The position numbers were made by a program, and so were the translations under genes. Below are positions 25,462 to 36,428 of a stretch of 64,000 nt of DNA, in pieces. How positions within the stretch are numbered: position 1 is the stretch's first letter; the number at the start of each line of letters is the position of its first letter. The notes beneath the pieces are model-generated. The model ran no database searches, was not told the origin of the DNA, and worked only from the letters and a program-made list of their open reading frames with translations. Source of the DNA: Alloascoidea hylecoeti (lineage: Eukaryota); the NCBI GenBank assembly GCA_001600815.1, contig BCKZ01000014.1, positions 1 through 64,000 on the forward strand, written 5' to 3'.

Positions 25462-26850
25462 ATGAGTTTAACATCAACTACAACCGCTGTTGATAGTGGT
25501 AACAATATCAAACATATTCTAGCAGGTCAAAATTATAACAATATCGATATAAATGCCACTACGCCTAATATAAAATCTCAGACTATCAACGTCATGTCTA
25601 ATGATAATATTAAAACTTCACAATTCCAAGAGCACACAAAGGACTTCCAATCAAAAGATCATAATTCTGTGGAATTTGATCATGAATTGCTTGACGGAGG
25701 TGAATTTGAAGTTCCTGATTTTACAATAAAAGACATTTTATCTGCAATTCCAGCTGAATGTTACAATAGATCCACTTTTCGTTCACTTGGTTATGTTGCT
25801 CGTGATATTTCAGCATTAATCCTCTTTGGTTATCTAGCAATTTATCATCTACCCAAGATTCCTTATTTAGGCTTAAGAATAATCCTCTGGACTACATATG
25901 TTTTTATTCAAGGTTTATTTGCAACTGGACTTTGGGTTTTAGCCCATGAATGTGGTCATAATGCCTTTTCAGATTATCCTCTCCTAAATGATATAGTTGG
26001 ATGGTTTTTACATTCATCTCTTCTTGTTCCATATTTTTCTTGGAAATATAGTCATGCAAAGCATCATAAACACAATGGTTGTATGACAAAAGATATGGTT
26101 TTTGTCCCAAAGACAAGACAAGAATTTTTAAGAAGAAAACATGCCATTAAAATTAATGATGTGACTGAAGAAGCTCCACTTGCAACTCTCATCCATCTTT
26201 TTGCTCAACAATTCTTTGGATGGCATATTTACTTAGCTACAGATGTGACAAGTGGCGCTAAATATCCAGGTGTTTCAAAATGGAAAATAAATCATTTTCA
26301 TCCATCAGCTCCATTATTTAATAGAAGACAATATTGGGATATTGTTGTTTCTGATCTTGGAGTTTTAGTTCAAGGATTTTTAGTTTATTTAGGATTTCAA
26401 AAATTTGGTGCTCAAAATATGATGCTTCATTATATTCTTCCATGGACTACTGTTAATAATTGGCTTATATTTGTTACTTATCTACAACATACAGATGTTT
26501 CTGTTCCTCGTTATGAAACTTCAAAATGGACATTTGCTCTTGGTGCAAATTGTACAATTGATAGAGATTTTGGATTTATAGGGAAACATATTTTCCATGA
26601 TATTATTGAAACTCATGTTTTACATCATTTTGTTAGTAGAATTCCATTTTATCGTGGAAGAGTTGGAACTGAAGCAATCAAAAAAGTTATGGGAAAACAT
26701 TATAGATACAATCCTGAAAATATGTTTCAAAGTTTATACAAAACAGCAAGAAGTTGTCAATTTGTTGAAGGTACCGATGGTGTTATGTTATTTAGAAACG
26801 CAAATGGAATTGGTAGTGTTCCTCCTAAACCAGATCAAGATCAAGATTAA
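25462..26850 (+). CDS. Delta-12/omega-3 fatty acid desaturase (FAD2/FAD3 family)
   Basis: 462 aa; PDFTIKDILSAIP; three His boxes HECGH, HAKHH and HVLHH; TYLQHTD. Confidence 0.95.
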   Translation: MSLTSTTTAVDSGNNIKHILAGQNYNNIDINATTPNIKSQTINVMSNDNIKTSQFQEHTKDFQSKDHNSVEFDHELLDGGEFEVPDFTIKDILSAIPAECYNRSTFRSLGYVARDISALILFGYLAIYHLPKIPYLGLRIILWTTYVFIQGLFATGLWVLAHECGHNAFSDYPLLNDIVGWFLHSSLLVPYFSWKYSHAKHHKHNGCMTKDMVFVPKTRQEFLRRKHAIKINDVTEEAPLATLIHLFAQQFFGWHIYLATDVTSGAKYPGVSKWKINHFHPSAPLFNRRQYWDIVVSDLGVLVQGFLVYLGFQKFGAQNMMLHYILPWTTVNNWLIFVTYLQHTDVSVPRYETSKWTFALGANCTIDRDFGFIGKHIFHDIIETHVLHHFVSRIPFYRGRVGTEAIKKVMGKHYRYNPENMFQSLYKTARSCQFVEGTDGVMLFRNANGIGSVPPKPDQDQD

Positions 26851-28131
26851 TTTTATAATATTCATCGTATGATTAATTATAATACATTGGTTAACAGCTT
26901 TTGAAGACACTGGTTGTAGTTTATATATATTGTTGAAAATATATAAGGATTTTGCATTTGCTTTTATTGTTTTGAACTAAACAAGAAATGCTTTCTGAGT
27001 ACATAGATTTTGATTGGGGATCGTTTTTTTGAGATTATTTTTTTGATTTTAGTTTATAAATTTATATTTATGAATACATTCGTACATATTTCACACATAT
27101 AGGCCTATATATAATAAAAGTTTACAGTACACACAAAATTTAATACATAGAATATTGAAAAAATCATATGGAAGTACCCATATGTCAATTGTAATCTTTA
27201 AATATGGTAACAGACAGCTGAAACTGAATTATATATAAGCAATAGATAGTATTGGTAACTATAAGATCTGATACATGGCATTATTACATGCAAATATCAA
27301 TATAATGTTATATTAGGATATATTTATGTTCAAAAGCTTGATCATAATAATGAATCGTTCTTATGGTTAGCTGTATAAAGATTCACAAATTCACAATAAC
27401 AAAACCTATAGATAATAGATATACTAATTATAATCTCCATGTATGAATTGGAAACAGATAGAAGTTTGTACGGCTGGAGTTTTTTAAGATCCCTCAAATT
27501 AACCGTATCTAGATCTACCCTTAATGCGTCAACTTTATACTTAGTTTGGATATGATATGCATATAAGATCTTGGTCATGATAAAACCACGGCCATCTTTC
27601 AGGCAATAGTAAATTTGCAATTGCAACTGATACATTAATTAAATTTAGATTTAGAAAGGCATCAAGTACTATTAACCAATTACAATTACAACATTTCATG
27701 AAGGAAAAATCTGTCATCTTGGCAGTGATACTAAACCGCGCTCCGCTCGCTGCTCCTAGACATAAGGTCTCAGACCAATTGTTCAGATCGTATGATAGAA
27801 TATACAGTATATGTAGTTGATTTAGTTCTATTATCGGTGTTAAGGGAACTTATACGTATGTAAGTTACCCTGATGGTCATCGTGCTAGTATACGGAATAA
27901 GGTTATATCGTGTTAATAAAAATAAACTGCCAATATATTATAATTATAATTAACATATTCAGTCGCCTCAAGCTCGTGTTATATTTGATACCAAATATAA
28001 CTTTCATATATGTTCAAAGCCTACAGTTGATAAAGCAAAAACACATTCCAATTAAATAAATTTAAAGATAAAATTCCCAAAACAAAATACCTAAGTACAA
28101 ATCCTAACGTCATATTAGAAAAAGCGGTAAT

Positions 28132-29277
28132 TCACAATTCTCTAAATAAGAAATCTGATTCTGATTCTGTTACTTGCTCCGACCACTCAGTAGAAGAATC
28201 ATTAAATCCTGGTATATCCATAACTTTAACATTTTTAATTGTTGAAGCACGTTGCATAAATCGTCTTGCTTGTAAAGAGGCAATCTTATCACTCATTAAT
28301 GATATTGTTTCTTCGTATGATAGACCATTTTCCATGGCCACAAAAAAATCTGTGCTGAATGTGTCCACGGTACTAAACCATACAGAGGCATACAAAGTAA
28401 GCTTTAAATGATCAGGTACTGGTTTGTTAACATACTCAGCCATTTCAAATATAGTTTTGGCTCTAAATTTGAATGCTCTAAAAGTATCAACATCGATATT
28501 AGAAGCTAAAGGTTTCCCTGTTAGTTCAGCCAAGTATCCAGAAACACTAACCATGGTGGGACCAAATTCTTTCTTTATAATACTTATCATATTAGATATT
28601 GAATGACAAGAAGATACCGTTGAATTCATAAATTCTGGAATAGTTGAATAAATCTTGTATTTTAGACAGTTAAGTTTCATATGAACGGTACTATCATTGG
28701 CCTCTCCAGGGTAAACGGGTACTTTATCACCATCATAAATTACTGTAATAATTTTCTCCATTGAAAACCTTTTAATAATGTTATTGATTGACGCCTCCCA
28801 GGGAATAAAACTCAATTCGTCTTTGAGAACAGGAACAAATGATGCCTGAATAAGTTGTGAAATATAAGTCCTTTGGAGAAGAGTACTAATATCAGTATTT
28901 TTAGCTTCATCAGGATTAGCGACATGTTTTGAGGCCACATCTTCTATATCTTCCACTTCTTCCACTATATTTGATCCAGGAGTAATTCTACACATCGTGG
29001 GTACAGGCTTGCAATTTGATCCTCCCGTTATCTTCATAAGCTTTATTACCTGTGATTTTTTATTCTTAGATTTTTTTGATTCATCTGTTTTAGTAGTGGC
29101 TGTTTTTGATGTCTTTGCTGGCATACCAGTAAATGATTTTATATTAGATACATCCTTTTTGAGTTTCTTAACTTGATCTAGAAGATCACAATCATTATCG
29201 TTCATTTCTGCTCTGACATCTTCCAATTCCTCAAAGAGTTCATCCAATGCAACTTTTATAGAGGAGTTGTTGGACAT
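28132..29277 (-). CDS. Intact orphan ORF resembling Ty1/copia Gag capsid (UBN2-like), with no adjacent pol
   Basis: 381 aa uninterrupted. VPVLKDELSFIPWEASINNII, LKYKIYSTIP...SISNMISIIKKEFG, FRAFKFRAKTIFEMAEYVNKPVPD and LSYEETISLM follow the spacing of copia Gag motifs (pattern recognition only). Confidence 0.55.
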   Translation of the reverse strand: MSNNSSIKVALDELFEELEDVRAEMNDNDCDLLDQVKKLKKDVSNIKSFTGMPAKTSKTATTKTDESKKSKNKKSQVIKLMKITGGSNCKPVPTMCRITPGSNIVEEVEDIEDVASKHVANPDEAKNTDISTLLQRTYISQLIQASFVPVLKDELSFIPWEASINNIIKRFSMEKIITVIYDGDKVPVYPGEANDSTVHMKLNCLKYKIYSTIPEFMNSTVSSCHSISNMISIIKKEFGPTMVSVSGYLAELTGKPLASNIDVDTFRAFKFRAKTIFEMAEYVNKPVPDHLKLTLYASVWFSTVDTFSTDFFVAMENGLSYEETISLMSDKIASLQARRFMQRASTIKNVKVMDIPGFNDSSTEWSEQVTESESDFLFREL

Positions 29278-29631
29278 CTTAATGATATAGATGCGGTTGT
29301 GCGGATTCCGTCAAAATGATAGGAGCACTTGTAGATGGAAGAGGAATCAAAACACAAAAAGAGATATTCAAATCTAGCAGAATCTAACGAATACAGCCAT
29401 AAATTATATAGGTGATCATAAAAGCACACAAATCTATATTTACAATATTGTAAAACATAACTAACTATAAGTATAATACAGAATATAAATTAATATCTCC
29501 ATTTAACAAGTAACAATCAACCTCAACCACTTTAAAGTGGTGAAGTGAATATATCCAACTGAAACACCCATACATCTAAATGTTTTTGAAAAAAAAAGAA
29601 GTTTAAACATAAACTGATATTGTTTCAAAAA

Positions 29632-30233
29632 ATGACGATTTCACCAGTCTTGGAGGAGAGCAAATATAAGAATAAATCGAGTACTGCAGAAGAAAGAGCC
29701 CAACCGGATTATAACTCAGATGATGAATATTTTACAACAGAGTTAAATCTTAATCTTTCTTCCCTTAATTTAAATCCAGAAACCGATAATAGCGTTATAA
29801 ATGATACCAATAGTACCACTCAAAATCAAAATGGTCCTGTAAAAAAGATATCTAAAAAGCAACGAAAAGGTCAAAGTGAAGAAGATTACCTAATTCAAAA
29901 AGAGATATATAAACAAACTGGTCCAAAAATCACCTCATTAAATGTAAGTTTTATTTCTACTTTACATTTTGATTTCCCTTTTACTAATGAAAAAAACTCC
30001 TAAAGTGGTTATTTGAAAAAGAATATGATATGGAAAAATTACATATAAAAATGGAACGAGGAGATTTGAGAAATGCTGCAGAACGAGCTTTTTTCTTAAG
30101 AGATTATTCAACTTCTTTAAAATATACACAAATGGGTATTAATGCGTATTTTGGTAATAAAACCCATAAAAGAGATTTACAAGAACTTGAAAATATCAAA
30201 ATAGCCTGTGAAAAACAAATATATATTTCATGA
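29632..30233 (+). CDS. Hypothetical protein (~179 aa, 2 exons; intron 29944-30005)
   Basis: ATG 29632; GTAAGT...TACTAAT...AAG intron joins ORF 29620..30003 in frame to WLFEKEYD + ORF 30030..30233. Confidence 0.75.
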
Positions 30234-30284
30234 TGATAATAATGATAAATGAGAAGCAAATCAACTCAGTAAAAATAATGGTGT

Positions 30285-30793
30285 CTATATATCCTGTCTC
30301 CATACTCTTACTTCAATCTTAGTAACAAGTCTTTTTTGCATCACAGATTCCTCCTCTTCTTCATCTTCTTCTTGTTCAAACTCATCTAAAACAGCTACTG
30401 TGCCCGTTAATATATCCACTATTAAACCTTGTTCTTCTTCTAGGTAACAAGCAAGAGATAAAGCGTTGTTAATGGCTCTCGACATGGCGAAGACCGATAT
30501 ATATTTCACTTGAGGTGCATTTTTGGGAAGATTATTTAAAAGTTTCTGTACTTTTTTAACTGTAGAAATCAATGGAACATTTGGTTTTAAATACAATTGT
30601 GTTTTTGTTGCCTGATGAGAACGAATTCGAGGAGCAGAATGCTTTATTTGTGTCCCTATTTTCAAAACATCAGTTAATAAAATTATAAAAAATAAATGTA
30701 TCTTAGGTTTTATATACCTTTTTGTATTTTTAATTTTAATTCTTCATTATCATTTTTTGGTTTTATTGTCTCTTTGGAGATTGAATCCGTCAT
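30285..30793 (-). CDS. POP7: RNase P/MRP subunit Pop7/Rpp20 (2 exons; intron 30656-30717)
   Basis: Alba-like motifs LYLKPNVPLISTVKKVQKLL, ISVFAMSRAINNALSLA, VDILTGTVAVLDE and KRLVTKIEVRV; spliced frame is continuous from ATG 30793. Confidence 0.85.
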
Positions 30794-30900
30794 TTTTCTC
30801 ATAAGAAAAGTCATTGGAAAATTATTTGATGGTTGGTTGTTTGAAAACCATTGGTAAGGAAATTGAAACAACATCATCAATATTTCACATCTTATCAAAA

Positions 30901-31720
30901 ATGTCCGAATCTCCATCTTGGTACAAAAGTCTCACGAATCCAACAATAAAGTATGATACATCAAATAATATTTTAATCAACCTTACTAATTGATATTTGT
31001 TAGATATCTAAACATCAATCAAGTTACACCTCCACCGGGCTTCGATTCCTCCAGTTCAGTATGTTATTACATTTATCAAAATATGAAATACAATAATTAA
31101 CATTCAACAACAGACCGGATCATCCACCAAGAAAGTCATTCGTAATGCAGATCAAGATAATTTAAAAGTCAAGGTACGGAATTCACAATCATTGAATATC
31201 ATTTATCACAAAAATTAATCCATTCATATTTATTACAGAAAGCATGGGAACTTGCCACGAGTCCAGCAAAATCGTAAGTAAATATCATCAAATCTTTAAT
31301 AAGAAGTTGTCTAACATCATTATTAGAATACCAGTGAATGCCTTTATGGCCTACATGACCGGTAATTCCCTTCAAATCATTCCAATTACAATGACACTTA
31401 TGTTATTTACAAATCCTCTTAAACAAATTGCACAAATCCCTACACTTTTTAAAAAATTTGAAACTCCGCAAAATTCATCTGAAATATTCTCAGCTAAATT
31501 AATATTTTTATTATGTCAAATTGGTAGCATGCTTGTTGGTGTTTGGAGATTGCAAAATATGGGATTATTACCAACTACAAGAAGTGATTGGGTAGCTTGG
31601 GAGAATCCAGTTGAAGTATGTGATTTGCAACTGTTTTAACCGATCGATAATTTACTTTACTAACATATATTTACTTTCATTTATTATTGTTAGGTGTTGG
31701 AACATGCGTCTGGAATATAA
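30901..31720 (+). CDS. EMC4: ER membrane protein complex subunit 4 (6 exons; introns 30951-31003, 31059-31113, 31174-31238, 31274-31326, 31616-31693)
   Basis: Spliced translation gives PPPGF, LKVKKAWELATSPAKSIPVNAFMAYMTGNSLQIIPI and MGLLPTTRSDW, hallmark EMC4/TMEM85 motifs. Confidence 0.92.
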
Positions 31721-31831
31721 ATATTCACGTAACTTTAGACCTATAACTAGTATACTATATTATAATTACAATTTAGATCTTTTCATAATAGGAACAACTA
31801 ATCTTTATCTATAGCTAGGCTTTTCAGAATC

Positions 31832-33000
31832 TTAATTTTTAAATTCCTCTTTGGATTCTTCTTTTATCTCTTCTTTAGAGTTTTCAACATTTCCCTCTTC
31901 CCGAGTAGGATTCTTAGATATTTTTATACTACTATTTTGCTCGTAATCTTCCGCACCATTTAGATTTTCGAATGCTTTCTCGCGAATTTTTTCCATATTG
32001 AACCGTTCTAGTGAATCAAAATTATCAACAACACTAATACCAACATTACTCTAAATTTCCCAATTAAGTTAGCATCATATAAACTATAGATTTCCAATTA
32101 GACATACCTTAAAACATTCAACAAGAATTAATTTATCATATTGTTTAAGGTCAACCTTATGGCCATGTTCTCTTCCAACACATGCAACAACAGCTTCAAT
32201 GATATCATCTCTTGTGAATATGCTATGATGCCTCAATTGAGGTCGAATGGCAAACTAAATTGGTAAATATTAGATCAAGTATCATATAAAGTATTAGAGG
32301 TTAAATCTTACCTTTACCGGCTTCTGGTTTTCACCATGAAAATGAGGGGCTAGAATCTTCTTTGCCAGCTTTTGAACTTCTTCAAGTCTAGCCGAACATG
32401 TCCCACTAACAGGTGTCAATCTCTGCGTAAATTTGGTAGGCCAATCCAAGGAATTGAGACTATCGCGACATATTTTTTGAACAAATTCAGCAGGTTCAAT
32501 CGGCCTTCGTGTTCTAATAAACAAAACACATTCACATTCTAGACCAATGACTGAAATAAGATCTTTCTTGGGATCTTTCACATCAGCAGATTTAATTTCA
32601 GCTAATTCCTTATTTATCTGATCTTCTATATTTAAATTATCAACATCTTTTTGGTCATCTTCATCATCGTTCTCATCTGTAGGTTTACTAAGATCGTAGT
32701 ACTCTTCTGCTTTCTATTTCCATAATCAAATTGGTTAACCTTCAAAATCACCATTCAAACTAAATATCCTTTTAATTACGTACTTTTTTAAAAAGCTTTT
32801 CAAGTTCATTGGCACATTGTTTTTCTTTTCTTCTAGGACAAGTAGCATAGATTCCAAACATTCCAGGTTCAACAATTCTGCTACTACTTTTAAACTATCA
32901 GATTCAATTAATTCCAGAACGCTTCCAGACACATAAATATATAATTTATTCTTACTCTTTTACCATTTCCCCCTTGACCTCCGTGTTTTCTTTTACCCAT
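31832..33000 (-). CDS. TAN1: THUMP-domain tRNA acetylation adaptor Tan1 (5 exons)
   Basis: Spliced translation MGKRKHGG...EPGMFGIYATCPRRKEKQC...IEDQINKELAEIK...TKFTQRLTPV...FAIRPQLRHH...HKVDLKQYDKLILVECFKSNVGISVV; four GT-AG introns. Confidence 0.9.
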
Positions 33001-33048
33001 TTTTTGTATTATTTTTAGTTAATGATAATTTTCCAAGTGTATCTTATA

Positions 33049-33067
33049 AACACCCATACACCCATAC
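33049..33067. promoter_or_regulatory. Rap1-like site(s) ACACCCATACACCCATAC upstream of TAN1; another ACACCCATACAT at ~29564
   Basis: Matches the yeast Rap1/RPG consensus ACACCCATACA; both sites lie 50-70 bp upstream of ATGs. Confidence 0.5.
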
Positions 33068-33362
33068 GAAACAAGCAGCAACCAAATGAGGCAGGAGAAA
33101 AAAGTTAAAAACAGAATAATATAAAAGCCGGCTCCCCCCAATTTTTTGTTTTCTTTTATTTTTTATCTCCCAACAAATAACAGAATGAATAACAGGTTAT
33201 ATAATATTTATTTATACTAACTGAATTTTTCGATAGATTATTATGTTCAAAACTCTTCTACTTATATTATAATACATTTATACCTAGCTTTCTTAATTGA
33301 ATGTCAACTTGCGACCCTACTCTTGGTGAACACGTCACTTTGAACTGGAGTTGCGCAATAAT

Positions 33363-33812
33363 ATCCATTTTCCGTCTGAGATGGGCATGATATACCAATT
33401 TTTACTCACTCAGTAAAATTTGTTAAACTTATTTGTTCCAACAAATAAGTTACATTTGAATAGAACTTATCCTAACGATAGGTTATTCACAACCAACACT
33501 TGAAATAGTCATCAGCTATCCAAGCAGAACACAAAAGACTTACCCTTGATGGTAAGCAACCGACAACATCCATTTCTCGTTTGATATGGGTACGATAAAC
33601 CAATTTTTACTCAGTAAAATTTGATAAACTTATTTATTCCAACAAATAAGCTACATTTGAATAGAACTTATCCTAACGATAGGTTATTCACACCCAACAC
33701 TTGAAATAGTAATTTAGCACACACTTGTGACACTATCCAAGCAGAACACTAAAGACTTACCTTTGGTAAGCAACCAGTATTAGAAAGACTTGACCCACAG
33801 TGGTAAGCATCC
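33363..33812. repeat. Tandem ~205-bp duplication (33363-33561, 33568-33775, partial third copy 33784-33812) built from consecutive stem-loops
   Basis: Near-identical copies, each with TTTTACT/AGTAAAA, CTTATTT.TT/AACAAATAAG, TGAATA..AACTTATC/GATAGGTT-ATTCA and CTTACC/GGTAAG hairpins. Confidence 0.9.
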
Positions 33813-33824
33813 AATCACGGGCCA

Positions 33825-34400
33825 CCACTCTTACATTATAATAAATGGCATTCCGCGCAAGAGAAGCGAGAGATTGAAATCCTTGCAGCTTCTAAATTAC
33901 AATCCACACTAATCCAGATACATGAGTATATCCAATGGATTTAGAGCAACAATGAATGAAAACAAACACCAAACTTGTTTTTCAAACATGAGCAACACTT
34001 AACTGATAATAATATATCAGCTAATTCAAACTATGTATTATTTTTAAAAGAGAACACGAAAAGGGATAGTTCAAGTATTGATGTTTTATTAATGATCTTT
34101 CCAATTACTAATATCTGGAATAATCATCATATTTTTTCTTTCTCAACATTTTAATCACAAAAGCAGCGTCTACAATTGTATTTTACATCTACAGTAATTA
34201 AAGAAATAAGGCTGTACACTATTGAGTATCGTTCATATCCAATATTTTTTGCATATTGTCTTTAATTATCTTGTTAATGACATGTGTTATATTATAATTA
34301 ACTCTGATGATAGGTCTCATGTTTTGATAAAGTGATACCTCATTCTGAACCAGTACATTTTGGATGATAATAATTTTATACAATTTGATAAATTTTTTCA
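33825..34400 (+). mobile_element. Possible decayed non-LTR (L1-clade) retrotransposon ORF2 AP-endonuclease fragment
   Basis: Frameshifted translation SYIIINGIPRKRSERLKSLQLLNYNP / TLIQIHE resembles the APE start (S.NINGL...PDII.IQE). Later, YLVNDMCYIIINSDDR resembles GDFN.V...DR. Several stops. Confidence 0.35.
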
Positions 34401-35104
34401 TTTGTATTGGGTTCATGTATTTTATGGGAGTATTTTGTATAAAAAAGATAAAGGTACATCTTGGTAATTTTGTAATGATACATTTTACGATCCGGGGATT
34501 TCTAAAGCATAAGGTTCTTTTTTTTATGTTTGTTTTTTTCGCTTTTGGTTCAATGATTAATGGTGTTTAATAATGTTTTAACGATCATTTGGAGGTGTTC
34601 TATACTCTTAATTTTTATTTCCTTATGAACCAGTTATGATTTTTTGTATACTACTTCAGTATATGCCAGCTTTTAGGTATGTTTATTTATCTTTTTTTTT
34701 TGTTATTCATTCTGTTTTTTGTTTTATGGCCTTTCTAGGTCTCAATTTACGTGATAAGGATATCGAGTGAATTAAGAATTAGTAAACCATTAAACAATAA
34801 CATTTACTAGCTAATTGTGTATGTGATTATCTATGAATAAGATCTTGAGATTTATTGAAGTAGTAATTATGATTAATTATTCCATTAAAGGATATATGGT
34901 CGAACAATAGGAGGTATTTTTTCATAATCATGATCGATATCGATTTCCAATTATCTCTGTTATCAAGACTCTCTCAATCCGGTAGTTAATACCGTGTGAT
35001 TACTGGGATGTGCATAGATAACGGTTACATAATAAAAAATGGGCTAATATAAACTATAAAGATGTATCCATTATAATTTATCACAGCTATAAAGTTGCAT
35101 TATC

Positions 35105-36292
35105 ATGAAGGATTCTGCTTCTCACTATGAAGCAGCCGGTGCTTTAAAACAGGAACTGCCATCAACTTCACTATTGCCATTGTTGGTGTTTCCAGTTTTC
35201 ATAATTATATATATGGCTGCTGCTTCGGTTTTGAAGCCTCTACTTTCCCCGCAAGTTAATCTAAATTCAAAGACAATCAAAAAAGGAATACTTCACAATG
35301 ATGATTTAGAAGATCCAGTGATAACACCAGTCAATCCATCATTTGATTTTAAAGAAGAAGAACCTATTCCTTATCGTCCATTTAAAAATGGTCCTTATAA
35401 AATGACAATGGGTATTAAAACTTCACCACCAAACGAATGGTTATTAATCGAAAAAACATATAATGAAATTACAAATCTACGTGAAAAAATTGTTCTTGAA
35501 AATCCAAATAATACAATGTTATTTAAACCTGAAGCGTTAGAAGCATTACATGAAACATATATTAAAATGTTTGAATTTATGATAAAAAGATATCCAATGT
35601 ATTTTGAATATGATATTAATGATAATTCAATGATTAGAAATAAAATTAAAAATGAGTTAATACCAAAAGATCCTTCAAAATTAACACCAGATTCTTTAAA
35701 TTTAATTTTAGCTAAAAATTTTGAAGAAGATTATTTAATAATGATATTTGATGAAAAAAAAGATTCATACATTTTAAAAGGTGGTTCATTTGCTTTCCCA
35801 TCTGGTTTTGATCCTGCTGAGAAAGTTGATCTTACATTAAAAGATATTCATGGTCCTGTTCCTATGTACTCAGAGAAACTAGAACTTAGTATGGATAGAT
35901 TTTTTAAAAGATTAAAGGTAAACCAAATGGTTATAAGACAAAATTGGAGTATTCAACCTCATACTCAATTATTTGCGCCTGCTTTAAACCATGCCAGTGA
36001 TGAAAGTGAACTAGGGGAGGTTCTCGACCCAGAAACCATGGATTTCGATAAAGTTTTTATGAGAGTTGAAAGACAAATCTTGACAAGATTACCAAAGACA
36101 AAGGCCTTATTGTTTACAATTAGAACATACTTAACCCCTCTTTCAAAGATACGCGAGGAACCTAGAGCACCCGAACTTATTCAAGCTATAGATGGATTAC
36201 CACCGGTTTTACAGGTTTATAAAAGAAGCGCAGTCTGGGGCCCTGCTGTTAAATCATATCTGAGAGGAGAAACAAATGGACTTGCATCATAA
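35105..36292 (+). CDS. DUF3445 / HRQ-family protein (heme-dependent oxidative N-demethylase alpha-subunit-like)
   Basis: 395 aa; PYRPFKNGPYKMTMGI, FPSGFDPAEK..L..IHGPVP, RQNWSIQ and RVERQILTRLPKTKALLFTIRTY; N-terminal hydrophobic segment. Confidence 0.85.
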   Translation: MKDSASHYEAAGALKQELPSTSLLPLLVFPVFIIIYMAAASVLKPLLSPQVNLNSKTIKKGILHNDDLEDPVITPVNPSFDFKEEEPIPYRPFKNGPYKMTMGIKTSPPNEWLLIEKTYNEITNLREKIVLENPNNTMLFKPEALEALHETYIKMFEFMIKRYPMYFEYDINDNSMIRNKIKNELIPKDPSKLTPDSLNLILAKNFEEDYLIMIFDEKKDSYILKGGSFAFPSGFDPAEKVDLTLKDIHGPVPMYSEKLELSMDRFFKRLKVNQMVIRQNWSIQPHTQLFAPALNHASDESELGEVLDPETMDFDKVFMRVERQILTRLPKTKALLFTIRTYLTPLSKIREEPRAPELIQAIDGLPPVLQVYKRSAVWGPAVKSYLRGETNGLAS

Positions 36293-36428
36293 TCATGTGA
36301 ATGATTGTAAACTTTAATAGTGTGAAGTTTCACCGATAACAACTTATGGCTAAGCATTAACCATTCTATTTGTTTATAATATAAGATGTATGAATTATAG
36401 TATTATATATTTATATATCCGTTTCAGC

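Noticed and set aside
33049..33067. Telomerase RNA template (CACCCATA x2)
   Set aside because: It lies 50 bp from the TAN1 ATG and the same motif precedes another gene at ~29564; a Rap1-like promoter site is simpler.
33000..33300. U5 snRNA or other snRNA divergent from TAN1
   Set aside because: No U5 loop I (GCCTTTTAC) or other snRNA signature on either strand.
33300..33520. Hammerhead or HDV-like ribozyme in the hairpin array
   Set aside because: CTGATGA occurs only on the minus strand of one copy with no stem II/GAAA. The HDV-like pairing at 33302-33358 lacks the conserved L3 and J4/2 nucleotides.
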